A stretch of 64,000 nt of DNA from Ascidiella aspersa (taxonomy: Eukaryota), in contig OZ004612.1 of the NCBI GenBank assembly GCA_963924565.1, positions 14,694,001 through 14,758,000 on the forward strand. Direction: 5' to 3'. The notes under the pieces are model-generated. The model made no database searches, had not been told where the DNA came from, and saw nothing but the letters and a program-made list of their open reading frames with translations. Both the position numbers and the translations under genes were made by a program. Positions 37,901-52,900 of the stretch are shown in pieces (the first letter of the stretch is position 1; each line of letters starts with the position of its first letter).

Positions 37901-40900
37901 GCCTTTGCGATTTTGCAAATGCTCAACTCTATTAGCATATTATATATATAAACTGGTTATGTTTGTCCTCTGCTCTATTTTTAATTCTTCGTGTGCTGTA
38001 CCAGGCTAAACCTTGTAAGCTCACCGCATATATTAACACGTTCGACGTTTTCGAAGACCGAAGTCAAACCCTGTAACGGGCCAAATCGTTAAATCACGAG
38101 CTCAGCAAAGCAGATATGAAAACAATAAATGTTTAATTTCAGGGAACCAATAGCAAGTTAGATCTGCTCGGCACCCTAAGCGTTGGCGGAGCCGACTTTG
38201 GCAACGGCTTTAGTCAACTGCGTGGACTTTGGACTGCTCCGAAACGCCAGGGCTTCGTCGGTTGCCTCACCTCCTTGCGGATTGATGACGAGCTGGTCAA
38301 TCTTCGGGTGAGGGCGCTGTTGAGTTAAATTTCGTGAAATAGAGAAAACGCTTAATTTTATTGATTTAAAAAAGTCAATATCATATTTCTACAATTGTAC
38401 AACTATGCGGTTTATTAATATTTATAGATACTTGGATGCCTCAAAAACAACAATAATGTAATATTGAATCAACGATAAGTAGCTATAGTGGTAGGTTTGT
38501 TTAAATACTAAACATTAGGTTTTATGAATATCTTGGCAATTTTTTAATAATTTAGCTGTTAGTGTACTGAACACTGCGTTTTGCATGGTCTTATAAATGA
38601 ATCATTATCTTACAAATGACAGAGAAAGCCAATTTACACCACATACATTTATTGCTTTGAAACCTGCGACGTAAATTCCCATTTGTCATAGGATATCGAA
38701 CACACATCGCACATAGCCTTTTAACGTGATTCATGCTTCGAACTTTGCGCTGACGAAAAGATTATTTTTGAAAGAAATGATACATGCTTTACGGTGTAGG
38801 ATAGCGTAATCGATTGGGGTTTGATGAAATAAGGAAACCATTATAAAACTCGGCCAAATGTATTTCGTTAAACTTTTTTGTTTGGAGGAATGACTGGATA
38901 AGAAAGCATTTTTATTAGCTTTATCCAAAAAAGCTAACTAAAATGCTATTTCGGATAATAATATATAGGCCTATATAATAATACGCGTGAATTTAGATTG
39001 CCAAAAAGTTGGAAAAGGCTTTTTAAACAAAACGTATCTAAAATTAATGCATGACAGACGAAAATTACCTACGTTTGCCTTTTAAGCGTGTCATTCAGAC
39101 AACGGAGAACAATTTTTTGACAACAGTTTGCGTGAAAGTTGTGCTTCGCTTGTTACAATCTTTATCCAGGCGAACCTCTAAAAATTTCTCGTTAAGCAAG
39201 GTTATGACCAAATCGCTGCATCAAACAAAACTTTCAAGAGGTTGGGTGCGCTCTCGAAATCAGACATGGACAACTAGACGTATTTTGTATTTCTAAAGTT
39301 AGATTAGAACTAAATGAGGTAATTTCATTTTGTTTAAATAAATTAAACTTATAATTAAACTATATTTATAATTAGAATTAGGTTTGGCCAATTCACAATT
39401 AAATTAGCTCTAATTGCAATTTATGAAAACCCCCATAAAAAATGTTTTCTTTTTTTGCAGCATATAGTCCATGTTTTTTAGACTATTAAAAAAGTCAAAG
39501 ATTATGAATTCAAATTGTATGACTGAGAGACTAAAAATGCGGTACACACAAGACATTCACAAATTAGTTTCGAATTGGAATTAGCGGCATTTTGCTCTAA
39601 CTCTATGAATCAGCTAACTAGACTTATCTGGTTGTCTATAGTCAGCTTAAAATTTCTACGAAGCGTCGCCGGGGACGCGTAATTCATAAGGCGCTTGTCC
39701 TGCAACTCTTAATTACTTTAGCTTGGGATCCAACGACAGTCGTTGAATCTCGGAGGAACCCCTAACATGCCGCGTATATCGACTGGTCAGCGTGGCTAAA
39801 AACACGAGTTGCCGCATCTGTATCGCGTCTGCCATGGGACTTTATCAATTTTTTATAGGCGAGCCGTTGCGGCGGCCTGTCGGCCAATCGGAATCAAGTC
39901 CCGTTACGAAATTGATTCTGTCTCTTGGCCATCGCGCCGGACGAACCATTATCCCCTTCCACAGGGATCGATGGATTGGAGGGCTGAGGCGACACTCGTT
40001 AGAATCTTACGAATTTTTTTTTGCGAGTCTAACCACAAAATAAATATGCTGTTGCTACCAGGCATTGGTATATTTGTGGTAAACCAACGTTTCGGCTTAC
40101 TATTCGGAAAGCCTTCATCTGGGAATGACACACGTGTGTGGTTTAACAAATATATACCAGGAGAACTTATTTTTAATAACCACGAAATATGCGGCGAAAA
40201 GATCGTCTATAGAGTATCACGATATAGGCATTGCCGCCACCATATGTTTTAAACCTTATGTATTTTTTAATTTTGCTAGTCTCCCGCTGAAACACGAGCT
40301 CCGTCAAGTGTTATGTCCTGTACTCCGCAAACATTTTTCTAGATATCAACTTTTTAGAACTCACCCCTCCAGAAACGTTCAACTAACCGTAATTCGAATC
40401 ACGTATAAAGTAAAAACTTAATAAATAGTAAACAGCTTTAAAATCTATATATTTCTTAATTCGATCGTGTTATAGAAGAAAATATGAGGTTTTGACCGAA
40501 AACAGCTCAAATAAACATCTAACAAAAGCTAAGGAAATATTACTTTCTGCTTTAAAAAGACAAAAAAACGTTAAATAACATATATTTACGGTGTAAGAGA
40601 TAATATAGGTGTGCAAGGTACATTAAAGTTTGTATAGCTATTTCGAAAACAGTGAAATATGTGATACGACATAAACTTTGTTCACATAAGATCATTTCGG
40701 AACTGATTCATTTCATGACTAATCTCCAATTTAAAACGATTTTATTCCAAATGGTAAATTTGGAGCAAAGCATTTTTCTTCCTACATTTTGCTAGCTCGT
40801 GATAATTGTCTGGTTGGTCGTGGGCAAATTTAATCCAAGCCGGAAGAAAAAATGAAAGAAAACGAGTCGCCTTTTTTTCCGCCCGTCGTTTCCTCTCGCG

Positions 40901-43900
40901 GGCGCGCATGAACAAAAAAGTAGATCTGGAAGCTTAAGTGAATTGGCAGAGCAAATAACCAGAAGGCACGCGTTTTAGGATTGAGTTGCCAGGCCAGGTA
41001 ATGCACTTAATGTCGGTTTGATTTACCCTAATTGTCCCCGCAAAGCCCCTGGCGGGTCGCGATTACAAGCCAGTTGCGTGTTTAATTGATCCCGCAGGGA
41101 CTCAGGATTAAGAAAAGCAATTTTCAGTTAGTGACTCCTGGAGGCATTTCACATGATTTCTTTTGGGTGCAGGTCTTTTGGGTGCATTATGGAGTGTTTT
41201 TTTTTCTTTTCAAGGTATATATAAGTTTATTCTGACGTACCGTTAGTATGGTTGTTCCTTCGGTGGGTAATGATTGCCTTGATACAAGCCTATAGGCAGG
41301 TGTAGCTTTTTTGATGCAATATTTTCAGTGTTAACTTACAACGCAGCATTGGAATATTATTCTGTTTTTAGGTCGCCACTGTTATGTTTCTTTGAATTTT
41401 GTATCGGCGATGCAGGAATGGTACGAGTAATTCAATAAAAATTAGCATAAACAAAACTAAATTTGAAATAATTGCTGAGCTTTTGCACAACAATACTAGT
41501 TGTCAACCGAGAGAAAAGATTTGATAAGGTTTTTGCTTGTATGATTATATAGGCAACTTATAAAATCACTCTGTGTTTGTATGGCGGCAATGAATTGTTT
41601 TGGGTGTTTGCGGATTAGAGGTATCTTTTGTATGTTTGCGGATTAAAAGTACCTACCTCTTACCCGAGCAAGGTTGAACGTTGAAATAGTGTCAATTAAC
41701 TTCTATTCTGCCGCTTTGGTGGTATGTATCGATCGGGGACTGTCGGGTAAAAATCGTTTGCCTACCAACCTTGCCTTAATTGGAATTGGCTGGCGAAAAA
41801 TCTGTCACCCAAACGCGGTTTAATAGTTTAACAAACTCCACCAAATCTTACTAAAACAAGTCACGTACAGATATGATGCTCAATACCTCTGTTATCAAAT
41901 ATATCGTTTGTTAAATCCATTTACTAAATTATTCCGGACATAAGTTCGTTTAAAATATGGTATTTATTGTATTTTGCTTTGAATAAAAAGTAGTAGGTTT
42001 TGGATTAGGTTGAAAATTTTGTTTTAATTTTTCATGTAAATAATTACACAAACAGTTAAAATAAATCTACAAGTTAGGCTAAATTGCAAATTTGATCCAG
42101 ATATAATTTAGATTCTCTTAGATTTATTATACTTAACAAAGAAAAACAAATGGAGACATTACAAACACAATCCAAATGTTTTTTTACGTTCACGAAAAAT
42201 TGATTTATCGATAGACCAAGGCGCTCTTCTAATAGACAACCGTGACTCAACGTTATTTCGGCGTTCGTATGATTGGATGTAAAATATTATTTCGCAAGCC
42301 TCGTTTCTCACCAGTCGTCGAACCAGCTAAAAAGACCAACTGCACAGAAAATCGATAGAGAATCGCAAAATTAGCCGCAGGTAAACCACACGAATGAACA
42401 TGTATTTGGCAAACAACTAGGTCGCTTTTCTAGAGGCTTTTTTATAAAAATGGAAAATATTTTCTGCTAAGAGAGTTTATCGAGCAATTGTGAGAGAAAT
42501 GTTTGATCTATTTTTAATTGATGTTTGTAGGATTTAAAGATCTCGGCAATGTGCCGTAGATGGAGAAATTTGGTTTAGTTTGGCGACTGAATTTGTTTTG
42601 AGGAATATATTTTCTTGTAGAATTAGTGTGAATCTAGTAGCAGGTATAACTCTTACTTGTAAAACGTTGTAATAAATATACCACCGCTGTACGGATTAAC
42701 TCAAATATCGCTCACTGTTCGGTTTTCACAAGAGAGTCTTCAACAGAGGCGACGCCTACGAGATTCGAAAAGACGCTGCTCGTTAATTCGACGTGGAATA
42801 GATTTAACTGCTTTAAAATGGATTTAGCGGAACCCACAGGTCACGGAATGGTGACCGCGGCAACCGTTAACATGGCAACCCTGCTGTGCCTGCAGTGCAT
42901 GCACCTGCACGGCCCACCTCTTAACATGTGCACATCCTACTTTAAGGTACACCAAAGGAACATGTGGTTGCGAGATTGTGACTATCCTTAATTTAGTTGA
43001 AGTTTGGAGATTATCTATACAGTATGTACACTTCATTCATGCCAACAAAAGACAAATTAGAATCTAAGTTGTAGCAAAATCATGATATATCGTCACAATA
43101 TCAAGGTTATTTTGTGAATTACAACACGCTCATATCATTCGGGCTTGTGGTTTATGGCCACCTGTGTACTAGGGTTTGTCATTGGGCCGGCGCAACACCT
43201 TTGAAATCAATTAACGTTAAATTATATTTATCCGGAGCACCCTAGTGTTATCATATACATTTTGACCTCTTGTGTTGACAAAGTTTTATTTTCAGTACTT
43301 GTTCAGAGTTCGAGTACTAAGCCTATCAAAACCGCGATTGTTTAAAATTTGAAAAACAAATTATGCGATTTTACAAATCATTTTTAAAATGCAAAAGGTT
43401 TCGCCAATTAAAAGATAGTTGGCGATCCACTCCTATACGCAGCGAATTGTGTTCTAGTAACCTCGATACAGCAACATTGATCTCGTAACCATGTATTTCA
43501 TTTCTTCTCATGTTTTATTAATAATTTCGATTTTGTATGCATGTTGATCTCTGACAGTTTGCTTAGTGACGCAGTCATAATATAGAGTCTACTCTAGACT
43601 CAAGAAGACCATCGGCGATCGTACACATTGCGCGGTCGTATGGAATTATCTTCAGGCGAGATCAATTGATTATTTGTCTCTACGTGATTCCGATTCGTTA
43701 AAGAACGCAAATTGGACGTATAAATAAGCCACTAACGCTGCGTTATGGGCCCCGGTGCAAATTGGAACAGTCGCTTTCCCTTGTACAGTAGGTCGATAGG
43801 GTTTATCGAAATCTGTGTAAAGCATGTATAAACTATAAATTACGTTTAGCTCTTGTAGGAACTTTACGCCGTACATAAAAACGCCTTTTGATGAATTTCT

Positions 43901-46900
43901 TTATAATTTTATAAATATAAGATAACGTGCATAAACAAATTGATAAATGTCCTTCGCCATTTTTTCGATTAAATTGATTTTTGTTCTAAAGCGAATTTGA
44001 TCTTCCGGCCACATTTACTCAAAATATGAATATGATGTTCGTGTTGACATGTGTACAGATTGTCAAGCGACCTGATGTGTAAACGAGCAGCTCAAACATT
44101 TATTGTTAAAAAATAACAGTGCAATAGATAGAAAACAAGGATGTCGATCAACTTTATTTGTTTAACATGCTTTCAACATCACTAGGTTTCATGGAAACCT
44201 TTTGCATATTGACGTGTAGGGTTGTACGTGTTTATCCTTCCTTTTTGCTAAGATTAGGGCGCACTCGATTTTAATTGACGTCATTACTGTGATAAGCTAG
44301 CAAAATTATTAAGTGTAAAAGAGCGTATTTAACGTTTTTCGAATATTAAGCCAAAATTTACTTTAGTTTAGTAAAATACTTTTTAGTAATACTTTCTACT
44401 TGTTAATACATAATTGCCCTTTCTCATTGCCTTCTCAGGGTAGAAAACGGTTCACTGGATGGCAGAATACACCTGTTAATTGGTTTTGGTCCCACAATAT
44501 TGATCGTGTCTTGACTGACATCGCATGTATCAGCTCCGATCCAATATTCAAAATGGTTAAATACTGAAACTCGATAGACACATTCCCCAATATAGACACA
44601 TTCCCCAACGCTGCCTACAGCAGAGCTATTAAATAGCCTTGTGCTTCAATGACATATGTTACATTCGCACGTATAGTATTTTAAAGTGGTACAGCATTAC
44701 CTAGAACTAAAAAATGTCTAAATTTTATGTGCACTTTTGCTAATAGTAGTTGAGCATTTCTAGTTTTTTGGGTAAATTGGCAATAAAATAAGTTAATAGA
44801 GCAGAACAGGGGACATTGCCTCGTGGAAATTGAATTTAGTTTTACCGACTTATGTCGTCCAGGAAGTTATTATTTGACCGTAAAGCCGTTCCTAATCGTT
44901 CCAGTCTACTTTCACCACTACGTATACACGCCTAATTCCATATTCACTGCTTTTTTAAACGCATATATTTATGTGCAGTCCCTTGCGCGGTCCTCCGGCA
45001 CCAACATGGGTCCGTCGCCGCTGGGAAGCGGTACCGACATCACTGCTTTCTGTGGCGGTCTGGAGGGCAGCCAGTGCAGATCGGGCCCCTGCCAAAACGG
45101 CGCCAGGTGCAAGGAGGGCATGAACCGCTTCATCTGTGACTGCGCCGACACGTCCTTCAAAGGAAAGACATGCGGCGAAGCGGTGATGTCAGCCAGCTTC
45201 GACGGCACCCAGCATATGACTTTCCCGATGGCCAAGAGCGTGCAAACCGTGGGCGAGGACATCTCCCTTCGTTTCAGGACGCCCCTCAGTTCGGGTAAGT
45301 TTTGTGGCAGCTCGTTAGTTTTGGCAGTCGCCAAAACCGCCATCCAAGTTCACTAGAAAGGGTTTCGGTGCTAGTTATATTGTTTGCTTGCATATTAACA
45401 AAACGAATTCAGATGAAACACATTAATTCTACTCCAATTTAAAGAAATATTTAGCCAAACCAAAAAATAATTAGTGTTATTTTTTGCGGTCAGTGGAACT
45501 AATATGCTATGGCTTAGCATATTTTAGTATTTTTTTGTGATTTAAAAAGAGAAAATAAATATATATACATGTACATTATAGCTGATCTATTCAAGGGTCC
45601 AACCTTTTCACTACAAAATTATAACATTTTGTTCATGCCTAATAATTTATTGTATAACACACGCAAGTATGTTTTCGAAATGTTTAGATGAGTTCAGATA
45701 TGCATGCTTCTTATTTTAGGTATTTAAAAAATATTTTGAGTTCGTTTAACCTATTCAGAGACACCCGTAACGACTTGTCCATCTATTTTCTCATTTGTAT
45801 CGAAAATCTGCCATTCCTAATTGAAGTACACCAACATTTGATGTATACTGAGTTCTGTGTGTATTGTAGGGACATTGTTTGGTACGGTTTCAAGTCGCAG
45901 CAGGGATTTGGTGCGACTTGAAATGGTGGAAGGCGGAAGGGTCAAACTGACGATCGATTTGGGTACGTATATTGAGCACTTATAGTTTTCTACTTGTGTT
46001 TTACGTCGTGGTGATTGATTTTTTTATTTTTTGTTTATCATATTTATAGAAAAGTGTCATTTTGTTGGTTTTCTGTTAAGTTGTGTGGCAAAAGGGGAAA
46101 AATATTAAAAATGTAGGCCTTATATTATATAAAAAAAATCAAGATTAGATTATTTTTATTTTTCCCTTTTGCTACGAACCCAATGCTATATAACGTTTTC
46201 GCCATTTTATATTTTTATTGTACAGACTGCTCCCAACCCAACTGCACTGCACCTCGTAAGTCTCATCTTTGCACTTCATTATTCCGCACAATAAGTTGCA
46301 TGTTTATCATAATTGATGTCGGCTTGTTGCGCCTAAATTTACAATTTTTTGTTTTATGTCGTTCTTACATACAGGAAAGATGCAGACTGTGAAAAAGTTT
46401 TTCGTTTTGTAGGAAAAGCGGTGCGCAAACGTATATCGATTCACGGATTATTTTACTTACAAAAACTGGAATCCGTAAACCGTTTTTGTTTGTTTGTTGC
46501 ACTTTTCTAAACTCTTTCACAAAAACATGTTTTTATCTAGTAACATTCGAATAGCTCAAGAAAAAAACATGGGAACTTGTTTTCTTGTTCTAATCAATTC
46601 ATTTTTAGACTCAAAACGAATAAAAAGAAATGTCCAAAACTTTTCACCAGGAATACATCCTATTATTTTGGTTTAAAAAGGAGGTAACCTGTGATAGTCA
46701 GCAAATTTTTGCCGTCACCCATTAACGAAAAGGAGGAATACTAAGTTATACTTTAATTGCTAACGACTATTAGGTCATCAACTGTCGCGATTGCACAATT
46801 TTAAACTTCAATTTGGCTAAACCGCTCGACCGTTTAACTTTATAGTCCAGGTGTCGCGTAAGGTTCAATAAACGCAGCTGGCGAAACTTACCTTTAATTA

Positions 46901-49900
46901 CCTTTACTCTGAATGGGGATTAATTTAATCGAGTTAGTATGTCAAAATAGCTTTCATGTTTAACGACTTGACATAGCAAGAACTACGTTTTTGGGCACAT
47001 CGGCCAAAAGTAGGATTTTATTCGATGCGAATGACCTCGATAAAGTACGTGTCACGCGCCATTTTCTGTCAAACGCTGCAGTTCCGAGTCCCAGCCAATC
47101 GAAACCGCGCCCGTTCTCTCTTTATATGGCACTTGGACCCAACCAGATCCGCCCTGGGCGCGAGCTAAAGCCAACGGGACGTGCGACGAATAAATCCGGC
47201 CGTGGAACGAAACCGCAAACATGTGCGCCAGCCCAAGTGAAGTGTTTGTTTCCGTGGGCCGATTCGGCATCAGGAGCGCTGCAGCGACGGCGGCGACGGC
47301 CTCGACAGTCGACGAAGGCAAATTGCCCCTCGAGCCTGCCAATTTTAACTTTGCGATCTGGTCCCGCCTCGTGAATTATTGATGGCGTGGGCTCCCGGCA
47401 TGTCGCGCTGCCAGGAGTTCGGTCCTTCCAGCGATTTGCTGCGATCCTCCTTGCCTTGTTGCGCTCGTTGCTCGTTCCAGGAAACGCTGTAGCGGCAGTT
47501 CATCGCGCGGACGATAGATGCGATAAGACCCCACACCGTTGGTTATCACGGTCGGCACCTGAACCATACCGCTGAGTCGTCGCAGTCGCCCTCGTTCTCT
47601 TTCGTGTTCCTGGAAACATGTTAAATTTTAATGCGCTTTTCTAAGATAACTTTGGGGTTTGCTGTTCAAAGACGTTGCGAAATCGAAAATCGTCTTCAAA
47701 ACTTCTAAGTTATCTTTATATAATATAAGCCATTTTCTTAAAACGACGTTAAATACTTATTTCGGAAAGGCACCTTACAAATGAACACGCACGTATATAT
47801 AGGCATTGGCTTTAGGCTGACACATCAGACTAGGGTGGTGGACTAAAATAAAAACACCCTTTTTATCCTCATTATTATTTACTTTTTTTATACCTGGGTC
47901 TAGAATGTTGAATTTTACGCGTGTATTCAGTGTTATGAATTAATACAACACTTGCCCTATTGTACCACAACAACCTTTTTTATATTGGTGTATCAACTTA
48001 AATTTATTCCCGTTGTGCCGGTGCAAATGCAGGCAGCGGGCCTGACTACATGTACAGCGACGGCGGTATGAACGACGGCCGTTGGCACAGCGTGAAAGTG
48101 ACAAGAAGAGGACAACGGATCACCTTCGGCGTTGACGGAAAGCTAACAGGAAGTAAGTTTTGCCTCTGGTTGCTAAGTTCATTCCTTTATTTATTCGTTT
48201 TGCGCCGCCCATGTTTTCAGTGTTCGCCGATTTAAACTGCGATACAACATTCACAAATTCAGCCATATTACTGCGTTACCCTTCCAAGACTCTCGGGACT
48301 ATTAGGTCGTACTGTTAGGTCGGTTGGTTTATGCCTTTAGGAATAAAATTAATTTATGGGCCAATGTCCTAAAAGCTAAACCTCCATAAAAGCGTGTCAG
48401 CGAATTTAAACTGGTAAGTTAAAAAGATATTATGAATTTCACATGAATTGCGGTTTGTCATTTTTTGTTAAACTTCAACAAAAAACGACACCGACGTAAC
48501 GGTGGTACCTTTTTTTAAAGAACTATTTTAACGACTAAATTTTGTTGTATCTCTTAATGTATTTACAAAACAAACACAGAAAGGCCACTTTCATATTGTT
48601 ATGAACTTAGCTGTAGCACTGTTTTCTATGTCTTATTGTGTTAATCTCATGGTCGTTTATTTTGTTTTTAATGGCAAGAGCCACTACCTTCTTATACCTC
48701 GAAAGCGGAGCCTGAAAATCCGTTTTAAGTCATCCTGTCTGTCTGCGGCCGTTTGTTTATTTGCGGTTGTGCGGAAGTCATGTTTATACCCGCTCTGTTT
48801 AGAACATTGTCGGGCGATCACTGGAACCATGACAGTTTCTTGACAAACTTCGCCCGTTTGTTGAATCCTGTGTAACACCTTTATTACGTTGGTATCTTGA
48901 GAGTATTTTTAGTTATCTAAAAAAACAAAAAATATTTATTTTTAACATTTTGTAAATACAACTTATGCGACTAATTTAGAAAAATCGTTATTTGTACACT
49001 TTGTACTGGTCCTTTCTAAAATGTGCATTTGTTTACAATAACAAAATGATGTCCGACACACTATTGTAACACCCAAGGAATGATCACAAAACAAATGGTA
49101 CTACACGTTTTTTGTATGAAGGATGCCGTGGTTTATACTTGATTTTTAATCAAACTGCGTCGTCAGTCATCTGTCGTAATTCGCAACGTTCTATCGACCA
49201 CAGTGTAATGGGCAAAATTTGGCTTCTTCAAACTCATTAGTACTCACAATCTGACAGTTGGCTCATCCACCTTGATGTAACCTTTTTATTTTTTTATATC
49301 ATTCCGTTTAACTTATAGTTTCAATATCGGTTAGTGCTCTTTAACCTTTTCCAACTCAGTAGTCACTTTGTGTATCTCTTACCAGTAGCATGTACAAGAA
49401 GTAAATCAATATTTTGTGGTAGTTCGTCATATATGCATCTTATTTTCGGCCACATGTAAATAGAGGGATTTCACATAGCACAATATACATTTTTTTCACA
49501 ATTGTGACATGCACAAATAGAGACCTCCTTAGTAAATATTTTTGTTAGCTCTAATTTGTTAACGAATTCTTTCTTCCGAAATCCTGTAAGTTCTCAGCTC
49601 ATAGCTTTATTATAATATGCTTCGAATTTGGCCTGCATTATTCATGTTGGTGCGACAGCTCGTGTTTCATTCTGATGAGGCAGATTTGTCACGCTCATCC
49701 AATCCTCGTGGCCTGCGTAGGTGTATCAACAAATTACATGCTTGCCTCAGTAAAGCTGATATGTGCGCGTGTAAAAGGTGACTTTATGTAAAAACACAGG
49801 TAAATGGCATTTAAAACAGGCAATTGCGATTTTTTCATCTCAAACTTTACAACTCCTGTATAGTGCCATAATTTATGAGCCCATATACAAGTACGTGATT

Positions 49901-52900
49901 ACATAGTCGAAATGAATATGTCAGCTTAGTTAGACCTCAGTACCATATAACTCTTAAACCACAACTGATGCTTTACACTATAGGGAAACAATTGCGTTAA
50001 AAACAATACCAAAAGCACCGCGAGTGTGTAACAAGGCGAAGTAATCTTGACACCACTTATAAAAATGGTGGTACTATGCCTACAGGTTTCGGGATTAAGA
50101 AAATGCCCCTCAAATATTCCTACGTCATTGACCCTCCATTGGTCGGCCGTGCGTCATTCTCGTTTCAGTCGATCGATCGCACATTGTTGCCTGCTGTAAT
50201 TTACTGAAAGAAATGTACTTGAACATCTCAAATTGTAGGAAGAAAATTGTAATGATTTTGAAAATCATTTCGTTTAAGATTTCGTACGCTGGAACGCTTT
50301 TAGACCAGCATGGTGACAAGAAGTTACTACAGTTTTATTTGCTATCAACCAAATGATAAATATGAATTTCTTAATATGCCATATTATATAATGGTCACAT
50401 GCTAAACATTTTCTTTTTTTCATGCTGGAATAATGCACAACAACCTGTTTTACGAACTGGAAGTACAGAATTTTTAACCCCTGAGTATTAAAGCTCGTCT
50501 ATTCCCACCCGTTAATACCTCTCTTGATTCACTAGATCAGTGGTTCCCAACCTTTTTGTTGTCACGGACCCCTTTGGACAAATTATTAATTCTGCGGACC
50601 CCTACCTAAATTTTGCCTGAAACTCAATTAACATACTATTTACTATTGTAATAATGATGCTACTCAACTACTGTAGTGTGTCAAATTGTTGTTGTTGAAG
50701 AAAGAAAGAACTAACAAAAAAAGAACAACAAAAAGAACAATCGAAAGAACAAAAGTTGTTGAATACACCATTGGCATAAAAGTTGAATAAACAATAAACA
50801 TAAGTTTTAACAATCTTTCGCTGCCACGTGATGCTTGTCTACGAGCGTAAACCCATTAGTGCAGTGGTTCTTAACCTTTTTTCAGCCGCGCCCCCCTTCG
50901 GTAATTTTCCTACGCCTTGCGACCCCTACGAAAAGCAATTCGGCATTTTCAATAAAATATTACTGAGACAACTTAAAAATAACGAGGTCTGTTGGAGGTC
51001 GCGCGAAGCGCGAAAAACATTGAACTGTAATTTAAGGAGGCTTATCGCATTGGGCACACAACAAATTGCTCGTGCTAAACACATTGATTTTTATCGATAT
51101 GATATTGACACACGTGTTGTGAGGGCAAATACTCCACAGTTGTAAGGCCGTGAATTTGAGCGCAAATAAAAATGTTAAGCGCAAAAATTATTCATTGCGT
51201 TATCGTGTTTCAAAGATGTGACGACACACAATACAACGGCAATTTTGCAAAAACATTATAGATTCGCGTAACAAAGTTCGACTCCCCTGTTATGAAAAAA
51301 TGTCAAGAAAAGTGTAACAGAAGATTTGCGCGGAGCGCGAAATTTTTTTGCAGTTTGCAGTTTCAATGTTAAAGTTGGCAAAAAAACAAAGTTTTTACAG
51401 CTGTAGGAGTGGTACTCAACCCAAACGAATAAAATCACTGCAACCCCCTAACTTCCCCCTGCACAATCGGCCGTACAAGTACCGGTATAGGCATATTTGC
51501 TACCTAAAACTTCACCATTAATCATGACTAAACATTATTCCTCTGCCTTATTCCTCATGTATTTAACTACATCCTGGCGTTTTCATTCAAATATTGACTA
51601 TGACTATATGCATACCACTGACCTATATGCATACCGGTACATATATCCTGGCCTACCAGTACAGCGTAGTCTCCAACTGCAAGCAGTGGTGTCGTTCCCG
51701 CTACTATGAGGAAACTTTGGTTGCACCGCATGTTTTCTATTAGCCAATCCGGATTTGACTGTGATCGACATGCGTTGTGCCAGATGTAGTATTGTAATGT
51801 AAGGTCAATTTACACACTGTAGGCAGCAGCATATATTTATTTCAACATATACCGGTTCAGTTTATTCTCGCGGGCTTGAGCTTGTTGATACATTTGCATT
51901 TAAAGAGAGAAATAAAAATAAAAATATCACTTTTCGTTTTTTCCCCCGAAATTCATCAAGGTAATCATGGACCCCCAAATGCTTTTTCACGGACCCCAGC
52001 TTGGGAACTACTGCACTAGATTATCCCCGGACGTATTTAGGGAATAGGAGTATAACGCGGATGACACTGTGTAACAATGTTGAGACATTCAAAGATCACG
52101 TCACATATGCATTTGACGTTTGCTAGCTTTCACTTTTGATTAGTGAACAGAAGGCTCGTTAACTTTTTAAGGAAGTTTAGAAAACCCTTGTTGGGAAAAT
52201 TGCAAAAATGAATTTAGCGTGTATTAAAATTAAAGTAATGGTGTGTAATTACTTTTTTTGTTACTTCAAGTTAAAGTTGCGCATATTGATTGTTTAAGCA
52301 AAACGTTTTTAGCACATAATCGCAACAAATAGTATTCTATTTTAATAGAAAAAAACTTCACGGTGCTGGTTGTAAGATTAAGTTTTTGTTTGGGTGTTAC
52401 GGCACTATCGACTGCCTTATTAATGACTTATTGACCGGTATCTATGAGCAAGAACGCTGGCTTTATTTAGAACGAAAATTAATTATTTAACACTAAAGTT
52501 TATTTTATTGGCAGGCCTTTGAACTTATCTATGGCATGAATCAAGATTTATTGATCTTGGTTTGGTTACTTTTGTGACAGTGTAGTCTGATTCACTCGTT
52601 GTTAACTATAGTCGTATAATTCTCTGCACTCCGACATATACTTTGCGGCCGAATGCGTTGCTTCGTAGTTGTTTTTAATAAAATACCGAAATTATAGGTT
52701 TATTTTTGCACTTGTAGTTTGTATTATGATACCTAATAAGTAGGTTTAAATCAATTGTGTCTCTATCAACTTGTTTTTATAAGTTATGATTTATATAGCC
52801 TCTCGTTGTATGGGGGTTTCCCTGTCAGACCCTTGCAACGGGAATAGTGACATCAACGGAACAAGTAAGATCCAATGCACTGCATTGCTTCGAATGCGAC

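Noticed and set aside
52829-52864. Phase-0 reading [12 protein letters not shown] as the constitutive equivalent of vertebrate NIETGIITE
   Set aside because: The flanking exons are phase 1, and exon 54876-55032 already encodes that segment.
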